From assembly GCF_009914755.1 (NCBI RefSeq), contig NC_060948.1: DNA of 64,000 bases. One strand, 5' to 3'. The notes under the pieces are model-generated. The model worked only from the letters and a program-made list of their open reading frames with translations, was not told the origin of the DNA and made no database searches. Each line of letters starts with the position of its first letter. The stretch's first letter is position 1. The stretch is from the human T2T-CHM13v2.0 reference genome, Homo sapiens. The position numbers and the translations under genes were made by a program. Shown here piece by piece: positions 1 through 15,000 of the stretch.

Positions 1-3000
1 TTTCATTCCATTCCATCCCATTCCATTTCACTACCTTACAATCCATTCCTTTCTTTCAAAAGGATATCATTGTGTCAGCCAGGCTTAAGTGCAGTGGCAC
101 AATCTCAGCTCACACTATATATCAACTTTACATTGCCTTGCATTCTATTCCATTGCATTCCATTCCAATCAATTGTATTCCATTCCATTCCATTTCATTC
201 CATTGCATTCCATTCCATTCCATTCCATTCCATTAAATTCAATTAAGTTCCATTCCATTCCGTTCCACTCCACTCCTCTCCACTACATGTCATTTCTTCT
301 GATTCCATTCCACTCCTCTCCACTCCACTGCACACCACTCCACTCCATTCCACTCCATCTCATTCCATTCCACTCCATTCCATTGCACTCCACACCACCC
401 CACTCCACTCCAATTCATTCCATTCCATTCCATCCCATTCCAATCCTCTCCATTCCTCTCTACTCCACTTCATTCTATTCCACTCCACTGCAGTCCACTC
501 CATTCCATTCCATTGCATTGCATTCCATTCCCTTCTTTCGAGGGTATCTCATTCTGTCACCCAGCCTGGAGTGTAGTGGCACAAACTCAGTTTACATTTC
601 ATTACCATTCCATTTTACTTCTTTCCATTCCATTCCATTCGATTCCATTCCATTCCATTCCATTCCATTCCATTCCATTCCATTCCATTCCTTTCCGTTC
701 CATTCCATTCCTTTCCATTCCGTTCCACTGCACTCCAATCCACTCCACTCAATTCCACTACACTCCACCACAATCCATTCCATTCCATTCCATTCCATTC
801 CATTCCATTCCATTCCATTTGAATCCCTTCCATTCCACTCCTGTCTTTCGACAGAATCTTCCTCTGTCACACAGGCTGTTGTGTAAAGGCACAATCTCAG
901 CACACATTTCTTTTCACCATTCAATTTCGTTTCATTCTGTTCCATTCCGTTCCGTTCCATTCCGTTCCACTCCACTCCACTCAACTCCATTCCACTCCAC
1001 TCCACTCCACTCCAGCCCATTCAGTTTCACTCCATTGCATTCCATTCCTTTCTTTGGACAGGATATCACTGTGTCCCCCAGGCTGGAGTGCAGTGGCACA
1101 ATCTGAGCTCACATTAAATGCCAACTTTCCATTGCATTGCGTTCTATTCCATTGCATTGCATTGCATTCCATTCCATTCCATTCCATTCCATTCCATTCC
1201 ATTCCATTCCATTCCATTCCATTCCACTCCATTCCATTCCAATCCCTTCCATTCCACTCTCCTCCACTCTAATCCACTAAATTCCATTTCATCCGCCTCC
1301 CTTCCACTCCTTTCCAGTCCTCTCCACTCCACTGCACTCCTCTCCAATATATTCCACTCCATCCTATTTAATTCTGCTCCATTCCACTGCACTCCACTCC
1401 ACCCCACTCCACTCCACCTCATTCCATTCCATTCTTTCCAATCCCATTCCTCTCCATTCCACTCCACTCCACTTCATTTCACTCCATTCCCCTCCAGTCC
1501 ACTTCATTCCATTCCATTCCATCCTATTCCACTCCACCCCACTCCACTCCATTTCATTGCATTCCCTTCAATCCCATTCCTTTCGTCTCCATTCCACTCC
1601 ACTTCACTCCCCTCTAGTCCAATCCACTCCACTCCACTCCATTCCGTTACATTTCATTCCATTCCATTCCATTCCTCTCCGTTCCACTACACTAAACTCC
1701 GCTGCACAACATTCCATTACATTCGATTTCATTCCACTACATTCCACTCCTCTCACCTCCTCTGCACTCCATGCCACTGCATTCCACTTCATCCTTTCCC
1801 ATTCCGCTCCATTTCACGGCACTCCCCTCCACCCGACTCCACTCCACTTCATTCCATTCCATTCCTTCCCATTCCATTCCACTCCTTTCTACTCCACAAC
1901 TTTACTCCAGTCCACACTAGTCCACTCCATTCGATTCCGTTCCGATGCACTGCATTCTGTTACATTCCTTTCTTTCAAGAATATCTCACTTTGTCACCCA
2001 GCCAGGAGTGCAGTAGCACAATCTCAGCTAGCATTTCATTTCACCATTCCATTCCTTTCCATTCCACTCCATCAACTCCACTCCACTCCACTCCAATTAA
2101 TTCCACTCCACTCCATTCCAGTCCACTACACTTCTTTCCATTCCATCCCATTCCATTGCATTCCTTTCCACTCCACTCCAGTCCACTCCATTCCACTCCA
2201 TTCCATTATACTCCATTCAATTCCATTCCTTTCTTTTGACAGGATCTCACTCTGTCACCCAGGCTCGTGTGCAGTGGCACAATCTCAGCTCACATTACAT
2301 TTCACCATTCCATTCCATTACATTCCACTGCACTCCACTCCACTCAATTCCACTCCACTACACTCCAATCCATTCCATTCCATTCTGTTCCATTCCATTA
2401 CTTTCCATTTCATTTCTTTCTTTTCACAGTATGTCCCTCTGTCACACAGGCTGTAGCATAGTGGCAGAGTCTCAGCACACATTTCTTTTCACCATTCCAT
2501 TCCATTTCATTCTGCTCTATTCCACTGCACTCCACTGCACCCCACTCCACTCCACCCCATTCCCTTCCATTCCACGCCATTCAATTCCATTCCTTTTTTT
2601 CCACAGGATCTCACTCTGTCACAAAGCCTGGAGTGCATTGGCACAATCTCAGCTCACATTTCTTTTCACCATTCCACTCCATTCCATTCCATTCCATTCC
2701 ATTCCATTCCATTATATTCGCCTCTATTTCACTCCACTCCACTCCACTCCACTCCATTCCATTTCACTCCGTTCCATTCCATTCGACTCCATTCCACTGC
2801 ACTCCACTGCACTGCACTCCATTCCACTCCACTCCACTCCATTCCATTCCTTTCCATTACATTTCATTTCACTCCATTGCATTTCATTCTTTTCTTTTGA
2901 CAGGATATCACTGTGTCCCCCAGGCTGGAGTACAGTGGCACAATCTCAGCTAACATTACATATCAGCTTTCCATTGCCTTGCATTCTATTACACTGCATT

Positions 3001-6000
3001 GCATTGCATTGCATTGCATTCCATTCCATTCCATTCCATTCCATTCCATTCCACTGCATTCCATTCCATTCCTTTCTTTCGAGATTATCTCACTCTGTCA
3101 CCCAGCCTGGAGCGCAGAGGCCCAATCTCTGCTCACATTTCATTTCACCATTCAATTCCATACCATTCCATTCCATTCCTCTCCACTCCACTCCACTCCA
3201 CTCCAGTCCATTCTACTCCACTCCACTCCATTCCAGGCCACTCCCCTCCTTTCCATTCAATCCCAATCCATTCCACTCCTTTCCACTCCACTACACTGCA
3301 CTGCACTGCATTCAATTCCATTCCACTCCATTCCATTCTATTCCTTTCTTTTGACAGGATCTCACTCTGTCACTCAGGCTGTTGTGGAGTGGCATCATCT
3401 CAGCTCACATTTCATTTTACCATTCCATTCCATTCCATTGCGTTCCATTCCACTGCACTCCAATCCACTCCACTGAATTCCACTCCATTCCACCAAAATT
3501 AATTCCATTTCATGGAATTCCAATCCCTTCCATTCCACTCCTTTCTTTCGACAGGATCTTCCTCTGTCACACAGGCTGTAGCATAGAGGCACCATCTCAG
3601 CACACATTTCTTTTCTCCATTCCATTCCGTTTCATTCTGTTCCATTCTGTTCCATTCCATTCCGTTCCACTCCACTCAACTCCATTCCACTCCACTCCAC
3701 TCCACTCCACTCCACTCCACTCCACTCCACTCCATTCCACTCCACTCCTTTGCATTCCGTTTCACTCCATTGCATTCCATTCCTTTCTTAGGACAGGATA
3801 TCACTGTGTCACCCAGGCTGGAGTGCAGTGGCACAACCTCAACTCACATGAAATGTCAACTTTTCATTGCATTGCATTATATTCCATTCCATTCCATTCC
3901 ATTCCATTCAACTCCATTCCATTCCACTCCATTCCTTTCCACTCCACTCCACTCCAATCTACTACATTCCATTTCATCCAACTCCCTTCCACTCCATTCC
4001 ACTCCTCTCCATTCCACTGCACTCCCCTCGAATATATTACACTCAATCCTATTTAATTCCACTCCATTCCACTGCACTCCACTCCACTACACTTCATTCC
4101 ATTCCATTCTTTCCCATTCCATTCCTCTCCATTTCTCTCCACTCAACTTCACTCCACACCACTCCAGTCCACTTCATTCCATTCCATTCCATCCTATTCC
4201 AATCTACCCCACTCCACTTCATTTCATTGCATTCCCTTCGATCCCATTCCTTTCCTCTCCATTCCACTCCACTTCACTCCCCTATACTCCACTCCACTAC
4301 ATTCTACCCTAATCCCCTCCACTCCACTCCAAGCCACTCCACTCCATTCCATGCCATTCCATTCCATTCCATTCCATTCCATTCCATTCCATTCCATTCC
4401 ATTCCATTCCATTCCATTCCTTTCTTTCCACCGGATCTCACTCTGTCAAAAAGGCTGGAGTTCAGTGGTATAATCTCAGCTCACATTTCTTTTCACCATT
4501 CCATTGCTTTCCATTCCATCACGTTCCATTTTACTCTATTTCACTCCACTCCACTCCATTCCACCCTATTCCATTCCTTTCCATTCGATTTCACACCATT
4601 GCATTCCATTCCTTTGTTTCAAAGGGATATCACGGTGTCACCCAGACTGGAGTGCAGTGGCAGAATCTCAGGTCAAATTACATGTGAACTTTCCATTGAA
4701 TTGAATTCTATTACATTGCATTCCATTCCATTCCATTCCATTCCAGTGCATTCCATTCCATTCCATTCCATTCCTTTTAATTCAATTCCATTCCTTTCCA
4801 ATCCGTTCCACTCCACTCCAATCCACCCCACTACATTCTATTACATGTGATTCCATTCCACTCCATTCCACTCCTCTCCACTCCACAGCATTCCACTCCA
4901 CTCCATTCCACTACATTCCATTCCATTCCACTCCATTCCACAGCAATCCTCTCCACCCCACTCCACTCCACTTCATTCCATTTCATCCCATTACATTCCA
5001 ATCCCTTCCATTCCACTCCTTTCTTTCAACAGGAACTCTCTCTGTCACACAGGCTGTAGCATAGTGGTACAATCTCAACACACATTTCTTTTCACCATTC
5101 CATTCCATTCCATTTCATTCCACTCCATTCCATTCCATTCCATTCTATATCGTTCCATTCCATCCACTCTACTCCACTACACCCCAGTCCATTCTGCTCC
5201 ACTCCACTCCGTTCCCCTCCATTCCGTTCCATTTCATCCACGCTACTCCACTCATTCCACTCCACTCCACTCCAATGCATTCCACTCAACTCCATCCCAC
5301 TTTGCTACACTCCACTTCATTTCATTCCATTCCATTCTGTCCCATGCCATTCCTCTCCTTTCCACTCCACTCCGCTCCTCTCCATTCCATTCCACTCCAC
5401 TCCACTCCATTCCATTCCACTGCATTCCACTCCACGCCACTCCATTCCACTCCACTCCATTCCACTCCCCTCCACTCCACTCCACTTCACTCCACTCCAT
5501 TCCATTCCACTCCACTCCATTCAATTCCTTTTTTTTCCACAGGATCTCACTCTGTCACAAATACTGGAGTGCAGTGGCAGAATCTCAGTGCACATTTCTT
5601 TTCACCATTCTATTGCATTCCTTTAAAACCCATTCCATTCCACTCTATTTCAGTCCATTCCACTCCAGTACACTCCATTACATTCCACTCCATCCCTTTC
5701 CATTAGAATCCATTCCACTCCCCTCCACTCCACTCCACTCCATTGCTTTCCGTTCCATTCCATTTCATTTCACTCCATTGCATTCCAATCCTTTCTTTCA
5801 ACATGCTGTCACTGTTTCACCCAGTCTGGAGTGCAGTGGCACAATCTCAGCTCACATTACATGTCAACTTACCTTTGCATTACATTCTATTCCATTGCAT
5901 TCCACTGCATTCCTTTCCATTCCATTCCATTTCACTCCATTCAACTCCACTCCACTCCAGTCCATTACATTCCATTACATCAGATTCCGTTGCACTCCGT

Positions 6001-9000
6001 TCCACTCCTCTCCACTCCACTGCACTCCACTCCATTCCATTCCATTCCATTCCATTTCCTTCCACTCCATTCAACTTCACTCCACCCCACCCCACTCCAA
6101 TTGATTCCATTCCATTCTGTCCCGTTCCAATCCTCTCCATTCCACTCCACTCCACTTCACTCCACTCCTCTCCAGTCCACTCCATTTAATTCCATCCCCT
6201 GGGATTCCATCAGATTCCTTTCTTTCGAGGGTATCTCACTCTTTCAACCACCCTGGAGCGATGTGGCACAATCTCAGCTCACATTTCATTTCACCATTCT
6301 ATTCCATTACATTACATTCTATTCTGTTCCACTCCACTCCACTCCATTTCACTCCACTCAACTCAACTCCACTCCACTCCATTACACTACACTACACTCC
6401 ATTCCACTCCACTGCACTGCACTCCACTCCATTCCATTCCATTTCACTCCATTGCATTCCATTCCTTTCTTTAGACAGGATATCACTGTGTCACCGAGGC
6501 TGGAGTGCAGTGGCACAATCTCAGCTCACATTACATGTCAACTTTCCTTTCCATTGCGTTCTAGTCCAATGCATTCCATTCCATTCCATTCCATTCCACT
6601 CCGTTCCATTCCACTCCACTCCACTCCAATCCACTACATTCCATTTCATCCAACTCTCTTCCACTCCATTCCACTCCTCTCCACTCCAGTGCGCTCCACT
6701 CCAATATATTCAACTCCATCCTATTTAATTCTGCTCCATTCCACTTCACTCCATTCCACCCCACTCCACTCTACTTCATTCCATTCCATTCCTCTCCATT
6801 CCACTCCACTCCACTTCACTCCACTCCACATCAGTCCACTTCATTCCATTCCATTCCATCCCATTGCACTCCAACCCACTCTACTCCTCTTCAATGCATC
6901 ACCTTCCATCCCATTTCTTTCCTCTCCATTCCACTCCAGTTCAATCCACTCTACTCCACTCCACTCTACTTCCCTCCTCTCCACTCCACTCCATTCCATT
7001 CCATTCCTTTTTTTTCACATGACCCCGCTCTGTCAAAAAGGCTGTAGTTCAGTAGTACAATCCCATCTCACATTTCTTTTCACCATTCCATTGCTTTCCA
7101 TTCCATCCCATTCCATTCCACTCTATTTCACTACATTCCAATCCATTTCATTCCACTCCATCCCACATCTTTCAACTCCACTCCACTTAATTCCATTCCA
7201 TTCCATCACATTCCATTCCACTACACTCCCTTCCACTCCCCTCCACTCCCCTCCACTCCCCTCCACTCCACTCTATTCCACTCCGATCCACTCCACTCCA
7301 GTCCACTCCATTCAATTCCATTTCAGTCCACTCCTCTCTACTCCATTCCACTCCACTCCATTCCACTCCACTGAATTCCCCTCCACTCCACTCCATTCTA
7401 CTCCATTCCACTTCATTCTATTCCACTCCACTCCACTCCAATCCACTCCTTTCCACTCCATTCCACTCCACTCCATTCCATGCCACTCCACTCCATTCCA
7501 TTCCTTTCTTTCCACAGGATCTCACTCTGTCACAAATGCTGGAGTGCAGTGGCACCATCTCAGCACATTTCTTTTCACCATTCTGTTGTATTCCTTTCCA
7601 TCCCATTCCATTCCACTCTGTTTCACTCCATTCCACTCCACTCCACTCCATTCGGTTCCACCCCATACCTTTCCTTTCGACTCCATTCCACTCCACTCCA
7701 CTCCACTCCATTGCATTCCATTCGTTTCCATTCCATTTCACTCCATTGCATTCCATTCCTTTCTTTCGACTAGCTATCACTGTGTCACCCAGGCTGGAGT
7801 GCAGTGGCACAATCTCAGCTCACATTACATGTCAACTTTCCATTGCATTGCATTCTCTTCCGTTGCCTTCCACTACATTGCATTCCATTCCAGTCAATTC
7901 CATTCTATTCCACTCCATTCCACTCCACTGCACTACACTGCAGTACATTCCATTCCATTCATTCCATTCTACTCCATTCCACTCCACTGCACTCCACTCC
8001 ACTACATTCCATTACATCTGATTGCGTTCCACTCCATTCCACTCCTGTCCACTCCACTGCACACCACTCCCCTTTGTTCCATTCCATTCCGCACCATTCA
8101 AGTGCAGTCCACTCCACCCCACTCCATTCCACTTCATTCCATTCCAATCCATTCAGTCCCATTCCATTCCTCTCCATTCCACTCCACTCCATTTCACTCT
8201 CCTCCACTATTCTTCAGTCCACTCCATTCCATTTCATTCCACGGCATTCCATTCCATTCCTTTCTTTCTAGGGTATCTCACTCTATCAACCAGCCTGGAG
8301 CACTGTGGCACAATCTCAGCTCACATTTCGTTTCACCATTCCATTCCATTCCACTCCTCTCCACTCTATTCCACACTTCTCCACTTCATTCCATTTCATC
8401 CCATTCCATTCCTCTCCATTCCACTATAGTCCACTTCACTCCACTCCACTAAAATCCACTCCAATCCATTCCATACCATTCCATTCCACTGCACTCCATT
8501 CTACTCCACTCAATTCCTCTCCGCTCCACTCCAATCTATTTCATTCCATTCCATTTCAATCCCTTCTATTCCACTCCTTCCTTTTGACAGGATCTCCGTC
8601 TGTCACACAGGCTGTAGCGTACTGGCACAATCTCAGCACACATTTATTTTCACCATTCTCTCCCATTCTCTTCCATTCCATTGCATTCCATTCCGTTCCA
8701 TTCCATTCCATTCAATTTCGTTCCACTCCACTCCACTCCACTCAACTCCATTCCACTTCACTGCACTTAACTCCACTCCATTCCATTCCACTTCACTCTA
8801 TTCCAATGCACTCTAATCCTCTCCACTCTATTGCACTCAACTCCATTCCACTCCACTGCCCTCCCCTCCACTCCATTCCACTCCACTCAATTCCAATCCA
8901 TTCCACTACAATCCACTTCCACTCCACTACAATCCACTCCATTCCACTCCACTCCATTCCACTCTACTCCACTACAATCCACTCCATTCCACTCCAGTCC

Positions 9001-12000
9001 ATTCCACTCTACTCCACTACAATCCACTCCATTCCACTCCACTCCATTCCATTCCACTGCATTCCATTCCATTCCTCAGCATTCCATTCCAATCCTTTCT
9101 CTCGACAGTATCTCACTCTGTCACCCAGCCAGGAGTTCAGTAGCACAATCACAGCTCACATTTCATTTCATCATTCCATTCCTTTTCATTCCATTCGTTC
9201 AATTCCATTCCATTCCACTTCACTGCACTCCACTCCATTCCACTCCACTCCACTCCACTTCCCTCCGTTCCACTCCAATCCATCCCACTCCACTCCACTA
9301 TATTCCATTCTGTTCCACTCCATTCCATTCCTTTCTTTCCACAGGATCTCACTCTGTCACAAAGGCTGATGTGCAGTGGCTCAATCTCAGCTCAGATTTC
9401 TTTTCACCATTCCATTCCATCTTATTCCTTTCCACTCCATATCACTCCACTCCCATCCTCTCCACTCCGTTCCATTCCACTACTTCCCATTCCATCTGAC
9501 TCCATTCCACTTCACTCCACTCCATTCCATTACTTTCCATTCCGTTCTATTTCACTCCATTGCATTCCATTCCTTTCCTTTGACAGGATATCACTGTGTC
9601 AGCCAGGCTGGATTCAAGTGACACAATCTCAGCTCACAGTACACGTCAGCTTTCCATTATATTGCACTCTCTTCCATTTCATTCAATTCCATTCCATTCT
9701 AGTCCATTCCATTCCATTCCACTCCATTCCATTCCATTCCACTCCATTCATTCCATTCCATTCCATGCCATGCCATGCCATTCCATGCCATGCCATGCCA
9801 TTCCATGCCATTCCACTCTGTTCCACTCTATTCCACTACACCACACCACATTCCGTTACATCAGATTCCATTCCACTCCATTCCACTCCTCTCCACTCTA
9901 CTGAACTCCACTCCACTCCATTCCACTCGATCCCATTCAATTCCACTCCATTCCCCTCTACTCCCCTCCACCCCACTCCACTCCACTTCAATCCGTTTCA
10001 TTTCATCCCATTCTATTCCTCTCCATTTCACTCCACTCCACTGCACTCCTGTCCACTGCATTCCATTCCATTTCACTGCTTTCCATTCCATTCCTTTCCC
10101 TCGAGATTATCTCACTCTGTCACCCAGCCTGGAGCACAGTGGCACAATCTCAGTCCCATTTCATTTCAACATTCCATTCCATTCCACTCCAATCCACTCC
10201 ACTCCAATCCATTCCACTCCACTCCACTCCTCTCCATTCTAGTCCACTCCACTTCTTTCCATTCCATCTAATTCCAATCCACTCCTTTCCACTCCACTCC
10301 ACTCCCCTCCATCCCGTTCCATTCCACTCCATTCCATTCCATTTCTTTATTTTGACAGTATCTCACTCTGTCACCCAGGCTTGTGTGCAGTGGCACAATC
10401 TTAGCTCACATTTCGTTTCATCATTCCATTCACTCCACTCCAATCAATTTTACTCCACTCCACTTCAAACCATTTCATTCCATTCCATTCAAATCCACTC
10501 CACTCCAGTCCGCTCCATTCAACTACACTCCACTCCACTTCACTCCATCCCATTCCACTCCACTCCATTGTACTCCACTCCACTCCAGTCCCCTCTAATC
10601 CACTCCATTCCACTCCATTCCATTCCACTCCACTCCACTTCATTGACTCCACACAACAGCACTCCATTCCACTCTACTCCCCTCTACTCCACTCCACTCC
10701 ACTCCATTCCATTTCATTCCGTTCCATTCCATTCCTTTCTTTCCACAGGATCTCACTATGTCAAAAAGGATGGAGTTCAGTGGTACAATCTCAGCTCACA
10801 TTTTTTTCACCATTCCATTGCTTTCCATTTCATCCCATTCCATTCCACTCTATTTCACTCCACTCCACTCCACTCCTTTCCATTCCACTCCATTGCATTC
10901 CATTCTATTGGATTTCACACCATTGCATTCCATTCCTTTCCTTAGACTGGATATCATGGTGTCACCCAGGCTGGAGTGTAGTGGCACAATCTCAGCTCGC
11001 ATTACATGTCAACTTTTCATTGCATTGCATTCTATTCCATTGCATATCATTGCAATCCATTCCAATGCATTCCATTCCATTCCATTCCTTTTCATTCAAT
11101 TCCATTCGTTTCCACTCCATTCCACTCCACTCCACTCCATTCCACTACTTTCCATTACATGTGATTCCATTGCACTCCATTCCACTCCTCTCTACTCCAC
11201 AGCACTCCACTCCACTCCATTCCACTACATCCCATTCCATTCCACTCCATTCCACTGCAATCCACAGCAACGCACTCCACTCCACTTCATTCCATTTCAT
11301 CCCATTCCATTCCATTCCCTTCCATTCAACTCCTTTCTTTCGACAGGATCTCTCTCTGTCACACAGGCTGTAGCGTAGTGGCACAATATCAACACACATT
11401 TCTTTTCAACATTCCATTCCATTCCATTCCATTCCATTCCATTACATTCCATTCCATTGCATTCCATTACATTACATTACATTACACTCAACTCCACTCC
11501 AATCCAGTCCACTCGCCTCCAATCCAATCCATTCCACTCGCCTCCAATCCAATCCATTCCACTCCACTCCATTCCATTTCACTCCACTCAACTCTATTCA
11601 TTCCACTCCACTCCACTCCAATCCAATCCATTCCACTCCACTCCATCCCACTCCACTCCACTCCACTCTGTTCCAATCCATTCCACTCCATTCCACTCTA
11701 TTCCAGTCCACTCCACTGTTTCACTCCACTGCATTCCAATCCACTCCACTCCAGTCCACTTCACTCCATTCCATTCCACTCCACTCCATTCCACTTCGCT
11801 CCACTCCACTCCACTCCTTTCCAATCCATTCCATTGCATTCCATTACACTCAACTGCATTCCATTCCTTTCCATTCCTCTCCACAAACCTCCACTCCACT
11901 CCATTCCATTCCATTCCACTCCATTCCATTCCTTTCTTTCCACAGGATCTCTCTCTGTCACAAAGGCTGGAATGCAGTGACACAATCTCAGCTCACATTT

Positions 12001-15000
12001 CTTTACACCATAACATTGCATTCCTTCCCATCCCTTTCCATTCCACTCTATTTCACGCCACTCCACTCCACTCCATTCTATTACATTCCATTTCACTCCA
12101 TTTAATTTCATTCCCTTCTTTTGACAGGATATCACTGTGTCCCCCAGGCTGGAATGCAGTGGCAAAATCTCAGCTGACATTACATGTCAACTTTCGATTG
12201 CATTTCATTGCTTCCGTTGCATTCCATTGCATTCCTTTCCATTCCATTCCCTTCCATTCCATTCCATTGCATTCCATTCCATTCCATTCCATTCCATTCC
12301 ATTCCATTCCTTTGCACTCCATTCCACTTCACTCAACTCCACTCCACTACATTCCATTATATATTATTCCATTACACTCCATTCCACTCCTCTCTACTCC
12401 ACTGCACTTCACTCCACTCCAATCCACTCCATCCCATTTCACTCCTCTCCATTGCCCTACACTCCAGTCCACCCCACTCCTCTCCACTTCATTCCGTTCA
12501 ATTCAATCCCATTCCATTCCACTACATTCCACTCCACTCCCCATCACTCCACTCCACTCCACTCCAATCCACTCCATTACATTCCATTACATTCCATTCA
12601 ACTACATTCCATTCCATTCCTTTCTTTTGAGAGTATCTCACTTTGTCATCCAGGCTGGAACTTAATGGCACAATCACAGCTCACATTTTATTTCACTATT
12701 CCATTCCATTCCATTCCATTCCATTCCATTCCATTCCATTCCATTCCATTCCATTCCATTCCATTCCCTTCCACTAAATTCCCTTCCATTTCTTTCCCTT
12801 TAGAGTACCTCACTCTGTCAACCATCCTGGAGCACAGTAGCAAATCTCAGGTCCCCTTTCATTTCACCATTCTATTGCATTCCATTCCACTCCACTCCTC
12901 CACTCCACTCCAATCCATTCCACTCCACTCCATTCCTCTCCATTCTAGTCCACTCCACTTCTTTCTATTCCAACTCATTCCAATCCACTCCTTTCCACTC
13001 CACTCCACTCCCCTCCATCCCATTCCATTCCCCTCCATTCCATTACATTCCTTTATTTTGACAGGATCTCACTCTGTCACACAGGCTTGTGTGCAGTGGC
13101 ACAATCTTAGCTCACATTTCATTTCACCATTCCATTCCATTCCATTCAATGGCATTTCGCTTCACTCCAGTCAATTTTATTCCACTCCACTCCACTCCAA
13201 ACAATTCCAGTCCATTCAATTCCAATCCACTCCACTCAACTCCAGTCTGCTCCATTCAACTCCACTCCACTCCACTTCACTCCATCCCATTCCTCTCCAC
13301 TCCATTCTCTCCACTCCACTCCAGTCCCCTCTACTCCACTCCACTCCATTCCGTTCCACTCCACTCCACTCCACTTCATTCAACTCCACTCCACTGCACT
13401 CCATTCCACTCTACTCCCCTCTACTCCACTCCACTCCATTCCATTCCATTCCATTCCATTCCATTCCTTTCTTTCCACAAGATCTCACTCTGTCATAAAG
13501 GATGGATTTCCATGGTACAATCTCAGCTCACATTTCTATTCACTATTCCATTGTGTTCAATTCCATTCTATTCCATTCCATTCCACTCTATTTCCCCTCA
13601 CTCCACTCCACTCCATTCCATTCCACTCCATCCAATTACATTAGACTCCAATCCACTCCACTCCATTCCACTCCGTTACATTACATTCCATTCGACTTCA
13701 CACCATTGCATTTCATTCCTTTCTTTCGACGGGATATCACAGTGTCAACCAGGCTGGAGTGCAGTGGCACAATCTCAGCTCGCATTACATGTCATCTTTC
13801 TATTGCATTCCATTCTGTTCCGTTGCATTCCATTCCATTCCATTCCATTCCATTCCATTCCATTCCACTCCACTCCATTCCACTCCACTCCACTCCACTC
13901 CACTCCACTCCACTCCACTCCACTCCACTCCATTCAATTCCATTCCATTCCATTCCATTCCATTCCATTCCATTCCATTCCATTCCATTCCATTCCACTC
14001 TATTCCATTCCATTCCATTCCACTCTATTCCATTCCATTCCTTTCTTTCGAGAGTATTTCAGTCTGTTACAAAGCCTAGAGTGCAGTGGCACAATCTCAG
14101 CTCACATTTCATTTCACCATTCCATTCCATTCCTTTCCATTCTATTCCATTCAATTCCATTCCATTTTACTCCATTCCCTCCACTCCACTCCACTCCACT
14201 CCACTACATTCCATTCCACTCCATTGCACTCCTCTCCACTCCACTGCACTCCAGTCCTCTCCATTCCACTCCATCCCATTCCACTCGGCTCCATTACACT
14301 GCACTCAAGTCCACCCCAATCCCCTCCACTTCATTCCATTCCATTCCATTCCATCCCATTCAATTTCACTCCATTGCATTCCATTCCTTCCTTTTGACAG
14401 GATATCACTGTGTCTCCCAGGCTGCTGCGCAGTGTCACAATCTCAGCTCACATTACATGTCAACTTTCCATTGTGTTGTGTTCTGTTCCATTGCATTCCA
14501 TTCTATTCCATTCCATTCCATTCCACTCCATTCTGTTCCATTCAATTCCATTCCATTCCACTTCGTTCCACTCCACTCCACTCTACTACATTCGATTACA
14601 TCCGATTCCATTCCACTTCATTCCACTCCTGTCCACTCCACTGCACTCCACTCCACTCCATTCCATTATATCCCATTCCATTCCACTCCATTCCACTCCA
14701 CTCCACTTCACTGCACTCCACTCCATTCCATTTCACTCCATCCCATTCCATTCGACTCCATTCCACTCCACTTCACTCCATTTCAATCCATTCCACTCCC
14801 TTCCATTCCTTTCCATTCCATTTCACTCCTTTGCATTCCATTTCTTTCTTTCGACAGGATAACACTCTTTCCCCCAGGCTGGAATGCAGTGGCACAATCT
14901 CATCTCACATTACATGCCAACTTTCAATTACATGGCATTATATTCCATTGCATTCCATTGCATTCCATTCCATTCCATTCCATAGCATTCCATTCCATTC

